NCBI GenBank assembly: GCA_043228905.1
Contig: JBHGNT010000006.1
Span: forward strand, 14,880,001 to 14,944,000
Length of the DNA: 64,000 nt
Source: Azolla caroliniana
Taxonomy: Eukaryota > Plantae > Polypodiophyta
Direction: 5' to 3'
Shown here: positions 26,738 through 38,677 of the stretch, one piece after another
How the letters are laid out: the number at the start of each line of letters is the position of its first letter
Position numbering within the stretch: the first letter of the stretch is position 1
The notes under the pieces: model-generated
Told to the model about the DNA's origin: nothing
The model's input: only the letters and a program-made list of their open reading frames with translations
Databases searched by the model: none
Position numbers and translations under genes: made by a program

Positions 26738-26990
26738 TGGATGAGGAGTACCCGGCTACGGAGAGCTGGATGGTGCAGACCCGGTGTGAACCGGATGAGG
26801 AGTACCCCGCTACGGAGAGCCGGATGGTGCAGACCCGGTGTGAACCGGATGAGGAGTACCCCGCTACGGAGAGCCGGATGGTGCAGACCCGGTGTGAACC
26901 GGATGAGGAGTACCCGGCTACGGAGAGCCGGATGGTGCAGACCCGGTGTGAGGAGTACCCGGCTACGGAGAGCCGGATGGTGCAGACCGG
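26738..26990 (+). repeat. About 5 copies of the 54-bp tandem repeat in the 5' LTR (about 2 copies in the 3' LTR, 37105-37198)
   Basis: Unit CCGGATGAGGAGTACCCGGCTACGGAGAGCCGGATGGTGCAGACCCGGTGTGAA. Last unit shortened. Confidence 0.92.
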
Positions 26991-29900
26991 TGAGAACCGG
27001 AGGAAGAGACATATTCGTAAATATGTTTCAGAGAGCCCATCGAGGCTATATTTGTAAATAGCCGAAAAGTCATATTAGTATAAATATGACTTAGGGCAAA
27101 TATGTGTATAATGTTGTTGTTGTTGTTATTTTTCTTGTTGGTGTAAGAAGAAGAGAGAGCACGTAACAGTGTATAGAGAGAGAGAGAGAGAAAGAGGTCG
27201 TTGCCTCTGTTGTAACCGCCGCCTGTGGCGAAGATCGTGAGTACGAGGTCGTTGCCTCCGTGAACTCACTGCTTTTGTACATTCCAACATAGTGATAGTC
27301 TGCAGCCTGTGGGCTGCCGTGGTTTTTTTCCCTCTTTGGGGTTTTTCCACATAAACATTCTATGTACCTTTTTTCTCTCCTTTGTGTCGCGTGCATTTGT
27401 TTCCCGTTTTTTGTGTATGATCTTAAGCTCGGTTGTGGCCGAGCGTTGTGCATAAGGAGCCTTCAGTTCCTGTCAAGTGGTATCAAAGCCGAAACGACAC
27501 AGAAATATGGACGAATCGTTTGGCGGCATGTTCAAGCTCACCGGATCCAACTATTCGGTATGGAAGTCGAAGATGAGGGACATGCTCGTGGTTAAAGACC
27601 TCTGGCTGCCGGTTCAGTTCGGGAACAAGAGACCGGACAAAATCGACGCTGCGATATGGGAGGTGATGCACATGAAGACAATGGCGTACATACGGTGCTT
27701 CATCGACATGAGCCTGTACAACAACTTCAATGAAGAGAGCAAGACTCATGAGCTCTGGGAGAAGATCGGCATAATGTTTCAAAACAAAAATGTTGTTAAT
27801 CAGGTTTTGGTATTCCGGAAGCTAGTAAGACTCCGGTACCAAGATGGCTCCAGCATGGCGGAGCATATGAATGCCTTCCAGGGGCTGATACACCAAGCAA
27901 CGTCATTGGAAGTACCTCTCGCCGATGAGGTACTAGCGCTACTCCTGCTCGTTCCCTCCCGGATAGCTAGGAGACGTTGGTTGTCACTTTGGGCAACGCC
28001 GGACCGGAAGGAAAACGGTTACCCCTAGCAAGAGTAAAGTCGAGCTTGCTAGATGAGGAGGCGCGTCGGAAAGATAAAGATACGAGCTCCGACTCCAAAG
28101 CGCTCCTTACCGAATCGGAACGCGGAAGACATAGAAACCGTAGTCCCCAGAACCGGGAGAAGTCGGGGACACGGTCAAAGTCAAGGGGGAGGCCCACTTG
28201 CTTCTATTGCAGCAAGCCGGGACACTTCCAAAAGAACTGTCGGCATTTCCGTAAAGACAAAGAAACCGACGGTACCGATTCGAAGCAAACCCCGGACCGG
28301 AAGGGAACGACGGCAATCGCGGCAAGTGAAGAAGAGTTGATGCTCATCACCGAGGAGAGTGACATAAACCTTGCTGGCGACGAGATGACTTGGGTGGTAG
28401 ACTCCGGAGCATCGTTTCACCTTACCCCAGACCGGAAATGCTTCTCATCCTACTCAGCCGGTGACCACGGCTGTGTCCGGATGGGGAATGAAGGTACATG
28501 CCGAATTGTCGGCATAGGAGACGTGTGGCTGTCAACACCAACCGGATGCAAGTTGCTGCTGAAGGATGTCTGACACGTTCCGGAGGTTTGTCTGAACCTG
28601 ATATCAGCCGGTTGGCTAGATGATGAAGGCTACACGGGTAGCATCCGGAACGGTGTCATGAAGTTCAGCAAAGGGAGCCTGATTGTGGCTCGGGCCCGGA
28701 AGGTCAACACACTGTACCTGATGAATGCCCGGTTAAGCCCGGAAGAAGTGAACGTGGCATCCGACACTACCGGTGAGCTGTGGCACAAGAGGCTGTGTCA
28801 TATGAGCGAGAAGGGGATGAAGAGGCTTGCAGACAACAACCTCATTCCAGTAAAGAACGTGCACTTAGAGAAGTGTACTGATTGTCTGGCCGGTAAGCAG
28901 AACCGGACCTCCTTCCGACCAAGGCCACCGTTGAGACGTAATGCACCACTGGAGTTGGTGCATACGGATGTTTGTCAAGTAGACATGAAGTCACATGCCG
29001 GAGCGCAGTACTTCGTGACGTTCATAGATGACCACAGCCGGAAGCTGTGGGCCACACCGTTGAAGACGAAGGATCAGATGTTATCCGTCTTCAAAGAGCT
29101 CCACGCGAGAGTGGAAAGAGAAACCGGTCGGAAGCTCAAGGCGATACGAGCAGACAACGAAGGAGAATACCGGGGGCAGTTCGAGGAGTACTGCCGCTCG
29201 AAGGGAATCCGGCTCGAATTTACCGTGCCGAAGACCCCGGAACTAAACGGACTGGCCGAGAGGATGAACCAGACCATAATGGAGAGGGTCCGGAGTATGC
29301 TAGCGCATGCAAAACTACCCAAGAAGTTTTGGGCTGAGGCATTGTCGACGGCGACAAACGTGATAAACAGATCACCCTCAGTACCCTTGGACGGAGACAC
29401 GCCACAAAGAGTATGGACCGGTAAGGAAGTGTCCTACCGGCATCTGAAGGTGTTCAGGTGTCTCGCGTACGTGCATGTAGCAAATAACCGGAGAGGAAAG
29501 TTAGACCCAAAGACCCGGCCATGCATATTCCTCGGTTACGGTGACGATGAGTTCAGCTACCGAGTGTGGGACCTGGTCGACAAGAAGGTATTCCGGAGTC
29601 GAGATATTATCTTCATGGAGGACAAGACGCTCGCCGACTGGGAGTCGGAGAAGAAGATAATGAACTCCGAGTTGACCGGTAAGGATCGACTCTACGATGA
29701 GCAGACCCAACCGGCAAGAGACCGGTTAGCACTCGAAGAACCAGCCGGATACTGTGAGGATACCGAACCGGCCGAAGAAGAAGTAGAGGAAGCTGAGACC
29801 GGAACCGGCCTAGACCCCGAATCGGATTCGGATGAAGAGCAAATGGAGGAGCCGGCTACCGAAGCCCAAAGACGGAGATATCCTCTCAGAGAGAGAAGGG

Positions 29901-30887
29901 CCCCCCGGAGATTTCCGGATGCAGAGCATGTTCTGCTGACCGATGAGGGGGAGCCGGAAAGCTTCAAAGAAGCGAAGGATGACACCCACAGCCGAAAATG
30001 GTTAAGTGCCATGCAGGACGAGATGGATTCCCTGCATGAGAACCATACGTACAAATTGGTGGAGTTGCCGAAAGGAAAGCGGGCACTCCGAAACAAGTGG
30101 GTGTACAAGTTGAAACCGGGAGATGCCGGAAACCCCCCGAGATACAAAGCCAGGATCGTAGTGAAGGGGTTCCAGCAGAAGAAGGGCGTGGACTTCGACG
30201 AGATATTTGCCCCGGTAGTAAAGATGACCTCCATCCGGACGGTGTTGAGTATAGCGGCAAGCATAGACCTTGAGGTAGAGCAGCTGGACGTGAAGACGGC
30301 ATTCCTTCACGGCAACCTCGAAGAGGAGATCTACATGCAGCAACTGGAAGGATTTGTGGAGAAAGGGAAGGAGCACCTAGTATGCCGACTGAAGAAGAGC
30401 CTGTACGGACTGAAGCAAGCTCCCCGACAATGGTACTGGAAGTTTGATTCCTTCAAGAACGATCAAGGGTACCACAAGACGCAGGCCGATCACTGCGTGT
30501 TTGTGAAGAAGTACAATACTCCTCCTGTACGTGGATGACATGTTGATCGTCGGACGTGACCAAGTCAAAATACGGATGTTGAAGAAGGCTCTCAACCGAA
30601 CCTTCTCAATGAAAGACTTGGGTCCGGCAAGACAGATGTTGGGGATGCATATCATTCGGGACCGGTCAAAGAAGCAATTATGGTTGTCACAGGAGAAGTA
30701 CGTGACAAAGGTGCTTCACCGGTTCAACATGTCAGAAGCAAAACCGGTCGGATCGACACTTCCGGCAAACTGCAAGCTATCCGGTAAGCAAAGCCCGAAG
30801 AAGAAAGTAGAGAAGGAGGATATGATGAAGATTCCATATGCCTCTGCCGTCGGGAGCTTGATGTATGCAATGGTTTGTACCCGACCG

Positions 30888-31054
30888 TGTCGAATACATG
30901 TGTATAATGGACGTATTCACACTATCCCTTTGGGCCATTTGTGTAATTAGCATAAAGGGTAGTTGCCCTAAGTCGGTCACTATATATAGTGACCTTGTAA
31001 CCTTTTTGTAAGTTTGGGTGTTGTATTATTGCTTTGTGGAATAGAAACTCTTTT

Positions 31055-31112
<58 letters not shown>

Positions 31113-34100
31113 AACGACCTAGAAACTGTCATACGCAGGTATTCAAACACCAATCGAATGCTTCTTGATCTTCCGCATAGACGACCTCGTCTCCAACATC
31201 TGGTATCAGAGCCTGCACAGTAGTCGGTCCTTCAATCCGCTGTCGGCCGTCGTCTCAGCCTGCACAGCATTCGGTTTCCTGCGTCATTCGAAGAAGAGAG
31301 AAGAAGAAGAGAAACGAGGCTTGCATCTCATCGCGTTAGATCATCTTCGCTTGGAGTAAGCCAGCAGGTTGTACTCTGTCCCTTGTGATCGTAACCGCTC
31401 GAGGTGAAATCCCCTTGTGCAACATTGACACGATCGTGCTCCATTCGGTTAAACGGCATCCGAAGAGGTCATCAAACGCTGCTCGCCGCTCATTGTAACC
31501 ACTCGGTGCAGATCGGTCTCAAGACAACAACCCAAATTCGTGCTTCATCTGGCTGATCGACATTCGGGAGGATCAGTTGGATCCGTCTCTCTCGTTGCTG
31601 CAGTCAACCGAAGCAGAATCGGTCCAGATAATCGGTTTCAATAATCGGTATTCGGCATATATATCCGAAGCGAACCGGGCTCACTCCGACTCGGCAACAT
31701 TCGGGAAGACCAGTCGGTTCTGTCCCTCAAGTTACCGGAGTCAATTCGAGCAAGTTCAACAATACATATATCCGAAGCCGAACCGACTCGGGTTCAAATC
31801 CAACTAGAACGATATCGGGTGAGCCAACCGGCTGCACTCCAACAAGGTTCGTAGTCAACTCCGAACCGAGCTTCGTTAACCGAAACCAAATTTGATGGCA
31901 TCAACATCCGGCTCGTCAGAAATGAGTCTACGAAAGTTCGATGGATCGAACTTCAACTTCTGGAAGGAGCAAATGCAGGACTATCTCATAGTCAAGGGGC
32001 AAATCGATCCCATCGAAAATGAAGAACCTCCAGAAGGATACAAACCAATTGAGTGGCAGAAGCTGGACAGAATCGTCCGCGCCACGATTCGGATGCACCT
32101 ATCGGAAACGGTATACTTTACGGTGCAATCGTGTACGACAGCATTCGAACTGTGGAAAACACTGTCGGACACTTACGAAAAGAAGGTCGCCGCAACGAAG
32201 ATGTTTCTGATCCGGCGCCTCTACAACTTGCGGATGAAAGAATCCGATTCGGTTCAAGCACACCTTAATGAGTACGAAAGCATAAGCTCCCAAATCTCAT
32301 CTCAGGGGACGGCAATTGAGGATGAACTCAGAGCAATGATACTCATGAGTAGCCTTCCCTCATCATGGGAAACTTTCGTCACAACCGTGTGCAACGCGTC
32401 AACCACGGCTGTCAAATACTCCGAAGTCACGAGCGCAATCCTGACCGAAGCAGCTCGGAGAAAGTCTTTCGCCAAAGACTCAACAGACGACGCTTATGTA
32501 GTACAAGGTTCGACAGACCGATCAAACATACGAGGAAGAGATTCCTCACGACCGCCGAACAATCAGCGAAGACGGAGCCAGTCACGGGATAACCGAATCT
32601 GCAACTATTGCAAGAAACCCGGACACATCAAAGCCGACTGCCGCGCACTCAAGAACAAGAACAACAAGAAGAGTGGCCGGCATGAGGAGATCAATTACGT
32701 CAGCTTCTCAGCTGATGTGCTACCAGACGACCCGAATATACTATCAATCGAAAATCCAGTCGGATCAGAAGTCCTACTCACGACTGAAGAGTCGAGCACA
32801 TGGCTCTTAGATTCGGGCGCGTCATTTCACGTGACTCCTCATCGATCCCAATTTCGGCAATATACGATCCGTCACTCCGACTCAGTTCGAGTCGGCAACT
32901 CACAACACTGTGACATCATCGGAATCGGCACAGTAGAGCTCAACCTTGCAGGTGGCTCTACACTTGTACTCCACAATGTCCGACATGTACCCGAGCTCTC
33001 AAGGCCATTGATCTCAGTCGGACAACTAGATGAAGACGGCATTCGTGCCGGCTTTTCTTCGGGAGGGTGGACACTCCACAGGGGGAACCTCCTGCTTGCT
33101 AGAGGACCCAAGATACACTCACTGTATCCGTTACATGTTACGCTCAGAGAGGGTAACCTGTTTTTGGTGGATATTCCTGTGTCATCACTATGGCACCGAA
33201 GATTAGGACACCTCAGCAAGGCCGGCATTACGCATCTATCTAGAGCCGGATACATCCCCAAACTCTCCTTCTCCGACCATCAATTCTGCGAGCATTGCCA
33301 GTATGGCAAACAAGCAGCCGCATCACACCCGACATCAGCACCAAGAGAAACGAGACCTCTCGATCTAGTCCACTCGGACGTCTGTGGCCCAATGCCGCAT
33401 CAGTCTCTTGGCGGTGCCTCTTACTTCGTCAGTTTTATTGACGATTCGACTCGGAAGGTGTGGGCTTATCCAATTTGCACCAAAGATCGTGTCTTCTCGA
33501 TCTTCTCCGATTGGCTCGCTATGGTAGAAAATCAAACCGACCGAAAGCTGAAATGCTTTCGGACAGACAATGGGGGAGAGTTCAAATCCGAAGAATTCGT
33601 CAAATTCTGCCGACAACGCGGCATCCGACGTGAATTTACGGCACCACACAGTCCGGAGCAAAACGGGATTGCAGAACGAATGAATCGGACAATCCAAGAA
33701 AGGATAGTTTCCATGCTCCAACACTCCGGACTGTCGGATGGCTTCTGGGCAGAGGCTCTACTCACGGCAGTACACATAATCAATATGTCGCCAAGTAGAC
33801 CTCTAGGACTTCAAATTCCTCAGGAACTATGGATCGGCAGTAGGCCGAATTACGACAAGCTGAGGATCTTCGGATGCGAGGCGTACGCCCTTATTCCGAA
33901 AGATGATCGCCGAAAACTTGCACCTCGGTCCAGGAAATGCATTTTCCTTGGATATGGATCAGACGGCGAAATGGGATACCGACTCTGGGACCCCGAACGC
34001 AGACAAATCGTTCGAAGTTCGGACGTTGTGTTCAACGAGTCGGCTATGAATCCATCAGTCGAAAAACCGATCGAAGTCCGAAGGGTAACATTTTCCGATG

Positions 34101-36268
34101 TGCCGACCCTTCAAGAAGGCCCCGCTCTTAACACACGGTCAGCTTCACGGGTAGCTGAACCTTACACTACCGACTCGGACAACTCCGACTCGGCACAGCC
34201 GAATGACTCGCTTTCGGACCATCCGACCTCGATACCCGATGCGACCAGTCCAATCATACCTCGACGATCCGAGAGACTGTCGCAACCTCCGGAGAGGTAT
34301 TCTCCTGGAATTTTCTTCACCGACGCCGGCGAACCGACGTCTTACGAAGAGGCATCGACATCTGTCGATTCCGCCACCTGGCATCTGGCGATGGAGTCGG
34401 AAATGCACTCCATTCGGGCAAACAAGACTTGGGATCTGGTCGAATTACCTAAGAATCGACGTGCTCTCCCTTGCAAGTGGGTTTATCGACTTAAAGAGAC
34501 GTCTGATTCGACCACCCCAAAGTACAAGGCCAGATTAGTTGCGAAGGGCTTCCGACAAGAATATGGCGTCGACTTCGACGAGATTTTTTCACCAGTGGTG
34601 AAAATGACAACCCTTCGTTTTCTACTCGGCGTAGTGGCAGCCGACAACTTGGAGCTGATTCAGCTAGATGTCAAAACCGCCTTCCTCCATGGTGATCTTG
34701 AAGAGGAAATTTATATGGAGCAGCCAAAAGGCTTCGTGGCAACTGGCCAAGAACATCTAGTCTGCCGACTCAGGAAGAGTCTATACGGCCTCAAACAGGC
34801 ACCGCGACAATGGTACAAGAAGTTCGACGACTTCATCCAATCAATCGGCTTCTCAAAAAGCGATGAGGACCATTGTCTTTTTACCAACACAGCTCAAGAT
34901 GGATCACCCATCTTCCTCATCATTTACGTGGACGACATGCTAATCTCTGGACGCCACGCGGGCGAACTTGCCGATCTCATTCGGCAACTGCGGTTGAAGT
35001 TTGCCATGAAGGACCTCGGTCCGGCACGACACATACTCGGCATGAAGATTAGTCGGCATCGCGATAAACGACATCTTTTTTTGTCTCAGACCGACTATAT
35101 CCGACGTGTCTTAGAACGCTTCAACATGCAATCAGCCAAATCTGCATCAACCCCGCTCCCCATGAATCTTCGACTCTCTCAGCGAGACTGCCCGACATCC
35201 GGTCCGGAGGGGGAAGATATGAAGTCGGTACTGTATGCACCGGCAGTCGGCTCCCTTATGTACCTGATGGTCGCGACACGGCCTGATATTTCTCATGCCG
35301 TAGGAGTCGTTAGCAGATTTATGCACAATCCTGGCCGATCGCATTGGAACGCAGTCAAGCATGTGTTCAGATATCTGGCTGGCACAAAAGACCACGGCAT
35401 TCTTTTCGGTCCGAACCGAACCTCAGGCGTAGTCGGTTACACCGACTCGGACTTCGCCGGCTGTATAGACAGTCGGAAATCAACAACCGGATACTGCTTC
35501 AAATTCGGCAATGGAGCAATCTCGTGGAAGTCGAAACTTCAGGAGTGCACAGCGACCTCAACGACCGAAGCAGAATATGTAGCTGCGTCCGACGCAGCAA
35601 AAGAAGCTTTGTGGCTCGGTCGGCTGGCGCACACGTTTCGACAAGTCGACCATGACTCGGCTCCAGTTGTCTACAGCGACAGTCAAGGTGCTGTTGCCTT
35701 GTCGAAAAATCCGGTTCACCACAACGCCTCCAAACATATCGACGTTCGATATCACTTCGTTCGGGACTGCGTCATTTCAGGGAAAATCGGTCTAGAGAAA
35801 ATATCCACAACCGACAATGTCGCAGATGGAATGACCAAGTGTCTTTCGGCAGACCGTTTTCGGTCTCTTCGGCATCAGATGGGCGTAATGACAAACCAGT
35901 CCGGTTAGAGCCGGACACAGAGCAGGATGGTTCCCGACAACCGACATCAGTTCCTTAATGATCGGCTTCAACTGTTCCGACCCGACCAGTTCGGTCTTCT
36001 GCCTTCGGACCCTGCCGACTCGAACAAAGCTGATACGTCCGAGAACCTAAGTCTATACCTGTAATCTTAGACAACCCATGTATACGCCCATTACGGGGGA
36101 GTGTCGAATACATGTGTATAATGGACGTATTCACACTATCCCTTTGGGCCATTTGTGTAATTTGCATAAAGGGTAGTTGCCCTAAGTCGGTCACTATATA
36201 TAGTGACCTTGTAACCTTTTTGTAAGTTTGGGTGTTGTATTATTGCTTTGTGGAATAGAAACTCTTTT

Positions 36269-36316
<48 letters not shown>

Positions 36317-36402
36317 AACGACCTAGAAACTGTCATACGCAGGTATTCAAACACCAATCGAATGCTTCTTGATCTTCCGCATAGACGACCTCGTCTCCAA
36401 CA
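30888..36402 (+). mobile_element. Young, apparently intact Ty1/copia retrotransposon
   Basis: LTRs 30888-31198 and 36102-36402 differ by one substitution that I could see plus (CT)n length. Perfect TSD GACCG (30883-30887 / 36403-36407). PBS TGGTATCAGAGCC 31201-31213. PPT ACGGGGGAG 36093-36101. Confidence 0.97.
31895..35908 (+). CDS. Copia gag-pol polyprotein (~1337 aa; gag, PR, IN, RT, RH)
   Basis: Uninterrupted ORF: CNYCKKPGHIKADC, WLLDSGASFH, WHRRLGH..CEHC, VHSDVCGP, TDNGGEF, NGIAERMN, QLDVKTAFLHG, YVDD, YTDSDFAG, STTEAEY. Confidence 0.96.
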   Translation: MASTSGSSEMSLRKFDGSNFNFWKEQMQDYLIVKGQIDPIENEEPPEGYKPIEWQKLDRIVRATIRMHLSETVYFTVQSCTTAFELWKTLSDTYEKKVAATKMFLIRRLYNLRMKESDSVQAHLNEYESISSQISSQGTAIEDELRAMILMSSLPSSWETFVTTVCNASTTAVKYSEVTSAILTEAARRKSFAKDSTDDAYVVQGSTDRSNIRGRDSSRPPNNQRRRSQSRDNRICNYCKKPGHIKADCRALKNKNNKKSGRHEEINYVSFSADVLPDDPNILSIENPVGSEVLLTTEESSTWLLDSGASFHVTPHRSQFRQYTIRHSDSVRVGNSQHCDIIGIGTVELNLAGGSTLVLHNVRHVPELSRPLISVGQLDEDGIRAGFSSGGWTLHRGNLLLARGPKIHSLYPLHVTLREGNLFLVDIPVSSLWHRRLGHLSKAGITHLSRAGYIPKLSFSDHQFCEHCQYGKQAAASHPTSAPRETRPLDLVHSDVCGPMPHQSLGGASYFVSFIDDSTRKVWAYPICTKDRVFSIFSDWLAMVENQTDRKLKCFRTDNGGEFKSEEFVKFCRQRGIRREFTAPHSPEQNGIAERMNRTIQERIVSMLQHSGLSDGFWAEALLTAVHIINMSPSRPLGLQIPQELWIGSRPNYDKLRIFGCEAYALIPKDDRRKLAPRSRKCIFLGYGSDGEMGYRLWDPERRQIVRSSDVVFNESAMNPSVEKPIEVRRVTFSDVPTLQEGPALNTRSASRVAEPYTTDSDNSDSAQPNDSLSDHPTSIPDATSPIIPRRSERLSQPPERYSPGIFFTDAGEPTSYEEASTSVDSATWHLAMESEMHSIRANKTWDLVELPKNRRALPCKWVYRLKETSDSTTPKYKARLVAKGFRQEYGVDFDEIFSPVVKMTTLRFLLGVVAADNLELIQLDVKTAFLHGDLEEEIYMEQPKGFVATGQEHLVCRLRKSLYGLKQAPRQWYKKFDDFIQSIGFSKSDEDHCLFTNTAQDGSPIFLIIYVDDMLISGRHAGELADLIRQLRLKFAMKDLGPARHILGMKISRHRDKRHLFLSQTDYIRRVLERFNMQSAKSASTPLPMNLRLSQRDCPTSGPEGEDMKSVLYAPAVGSLMYLMVATRPDISHAVGVVSRFMHNPGRSHWNAVKHVFRYLAGTKDHGILFGPNRTSGVVGYTDSDFAGCIDSRKSTTGYCFKFGNGAISWKSKLQECTATSTTEAEYVAASDAAKEALWLGRLAHTFRQVDHDSAPVVYSDSQGAVALSKNPVHHNASKHIDVRYHFVRDCVISGKIGLEKISTTDNVADGMTKCLSADRFRSLRHQMGVMTNQSG

Positions 36403-37375
36403 GACCGGACATAGGATACGCAGTCGGAGTGGTGAGCCGGTTTATGAGCAATCCCGGCAAGGAGCACTGGAACGCGATCAAATGGATACTCCGGTATTTG
36501 AAGGGCACTTCAAATATGTGTCTCTGATTCGGCTTCAGAAAACCTGAAATGGACGGTTTCACCGATTCGGACATGTCGGCTGATGTGGATACCAGCCGGT
36601 CTAAATCCGAGTATGTAATGACATATGCAGGGGGAGCTGTTTCGTGGTAGTCGAGGCAAGACGGTTGCATTGTCGACCACAGAGGCGGAGTACATGGCGG
36701 CTGTGGAAGCCGGCAAGGAAATATTATGGATGAAGGACTTCATCGGAGAGCTCGGTATCCAGCAAGAGGAATACCGACTCTATTGCGACAATCAAAGTGC
36801 CATCCACCTTGCTAAGAATGCGACCTACCATTCTCGGACGAAGCACATCCAGCGAAGATATCACTGGATCCGGGAAAGAGTAGATGACCAGGAGTTCGCG
36901 CTAACGAAGATCCACACGGCCGAGAACGGGTCAGATATGCTGACCAAAGTTCTGATACCCGACAAGCTGGATGCATGCCGGAAGTAGATCGGACTGATAA
37001 GACACCCCATGCCGGAGTGAAGGGGGAGTTTGTTGGGAGACAGGTCCCTCCGGATGGGAAGGGAGAAGAACAGTGCCAACGAACAATCTCGGCCGAGGCC
37101 GAAACCGGATGAGGAGTACCCGACTACGGAGAGCCGGATGGTGCAGACCCGGTGTGAGGAGTTCCCGGCTACGGAGAGCTGGATGGTGCAAACCCGGTGA
37201 GAACCGGAGGAAGAGACATATTCGTAAATATGTTTCTGAGAGCCCATCGAGGCTATATTTGTAAATAGCCGAAAAGTCATATTAGTATAAATATGACTTA
37301 GGGCAAATATGTGTATAATGTTGTTGTTGTTATTTTTCTTGTTGGTGTAAGAAGAAGAGAGAGCACGTAACAGTG

Positions 37376-37412
<37 letters not shown>

Positions 37413-37954
37413 GTCGTTGCCTCTGTTTTAACCGCCACATGTGGCGAAGATCGTGAGTACGAGGTCGTTGCCTCCGTGAACTCACTGCTTTTGTACATTC
37501 CAACATAGTGATAGTTTGCAGCCTGTGGGCTGCCGTGGTTTTTTTCCCTCTTTGGGGTTTTTCCACGTAAACATTTTGTGTACCTTTTTTCTCTCCTTTG
37601 TGTCGCGTGCATTTGTTTCCCGTTTTTTCTGTGTATGATCCTAAGCTCGGTTGTGGCCGAGCGTTGTGCATAAGGAGCCTTCAGTTCCCGTCAATTATGC
37701 ACAACAAACAACATACACGATATGTAGCTAAAGAAGTAGATAGACAAGAAGTTAAGCTTCAATGGTGATTCTCATTATTCACTGTTTTCTCTCTCGTAGG
37801 GACTCAAGATGCAAGATAAGCAAGCAACACGTATTACAACGTTAGGTTAGGGCTTATGTACTCAAGCCCTAACTATTGGATGTGTTCACACTAGTAAGGA
37901 TACAAAGTGGAAGGAGTCGGCCTTTTATGCCAACATGAACCACCAATAGACGGT

Positions 37955-38200
37955 TTATTATTGTTATTATTATTTCATTGTTATTATTCTATTTTATTCA
38001 ATTTTTTATCGACATATTATTATTCTTTTTTTATCTTTTATTATTGTTATTATTATTTCATTGTTATTATTCTATTTTATTCTATTTTTTATCGACATAT
38101 TATTATTCTTTTTTTTATCTTTTATTATTGTTATTATTATTTCATTGTTATTATTCTATTTTAATCAATTTTTTACCGACATATTATTATTATTTTTTAC
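37955..38200. repeat. AT-rich tandem repeat, about 3 x 83-85 bp
   Basis: TTATTATTGTTATTATTATTTCATTGTTATTATTCTATTTT...CGACATATTATT recurs at ~83-bp spacing. Confidence 0.85.
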
Positions 38201-38677
38201 TGTCGGTTGACGTCACCCACACCAGTTGCCTTTGCTGCATTGTTGGCCACCATCTGTATGTTGTCAACTCTCCACTTGCTACCCGGCAAATCCACCCCTA
38301 CCAAACCGCACATCCTTCGGCATGTGCTAGAAAAAGAGAATGATTGGCAAGGATAAAGGTAGTCAACTTTCCATTCCTTCATTTCTTGCGCCTCGCTTAC
38401 ACCGTCTTTGTTCCTCCATCTTGACATCAAACTTGAGCATATGACGAACGATTATCAAACACCTTTGATTCCACACTCTTAGTTGTTGTGAAATATTTTT
38501 CTTGTTGAGTAGACAAGCTCAACCGGATCTAGATAAGCTGGAGTCGAATTGGTATCCAAAACGAAGAACTGGACTAGTATCCGGAACCAAGAGCCGGATC
38601 GGATTGTAATCGGTAGGCCGTTAGAGGGTTACGATCCTAGCCTAGTACATAGCCATATTTTTAGGAGTCAAAGTGAA

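Larger units (their letters stand above)
27507..36987 (+). pseudogene. Copia gag-pol polyprotein, disrupted by stops, frameshifts and the nested element 30888-36402
   Basis: Knuckle CFYCSKPGHFQKNC, WVVDSGASFH, HKRLCHMS..CTDC, VHTDVC, NGLAERMN, RT QLDVKTAFLHG / SLYGLKQ. RT resumes after 36407 and RNase H follows (YCDNQSAI). Confidence 0.9.
26671..37693 (+). mobile_element. Ty1/copia element with both LTRs, inserted into the 5' LTR of the 17334-37935 element
   Basis: LTRs 26671-27475 and 37031-37693 (TGTTGGGAG...GTCA). PBS TGGTATCAAAGCC 27478-27490 (iMet). PPT ~37014-37030. TSD GTTAT/ATTAT. Confidence 0.93.
17334..37935 (-). mobile_element. Full-length degenerate Ty1/copia element (outermost member of the nest)
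   Basis: Perfect TSD TGAAC (17329-17333 / 37936-37940). 3' LTR 17334-17618 with PPT (AACTCCCCC on +). 5' LTR 26624-26670 plus 37699-37935. Degenerate Met PBS 26610-26621. Minus-strand gag (26070-26327), PR, IN and RT (SLYGLKQ, LILYVDNM). Confidence 0.92.

Noticed and set aside
26738-26990. CRISPR-like array
   Set aside because: Units are contiguous tandem copies with no unique spacers, lie inside an LTR in eukaryotic DNA, and no cas genes are present.
29692-30376. Long antisense ORFs over pol regions (also 45015-45641 and 46737-47300)
   Set aside because: Shadow ORFs of GC-rich coding sequence with no motifs.
37907-38343. Hydrophobic membrane-protein ORFs
   Set aside because: Translation of an AT-rich tandem repeat.
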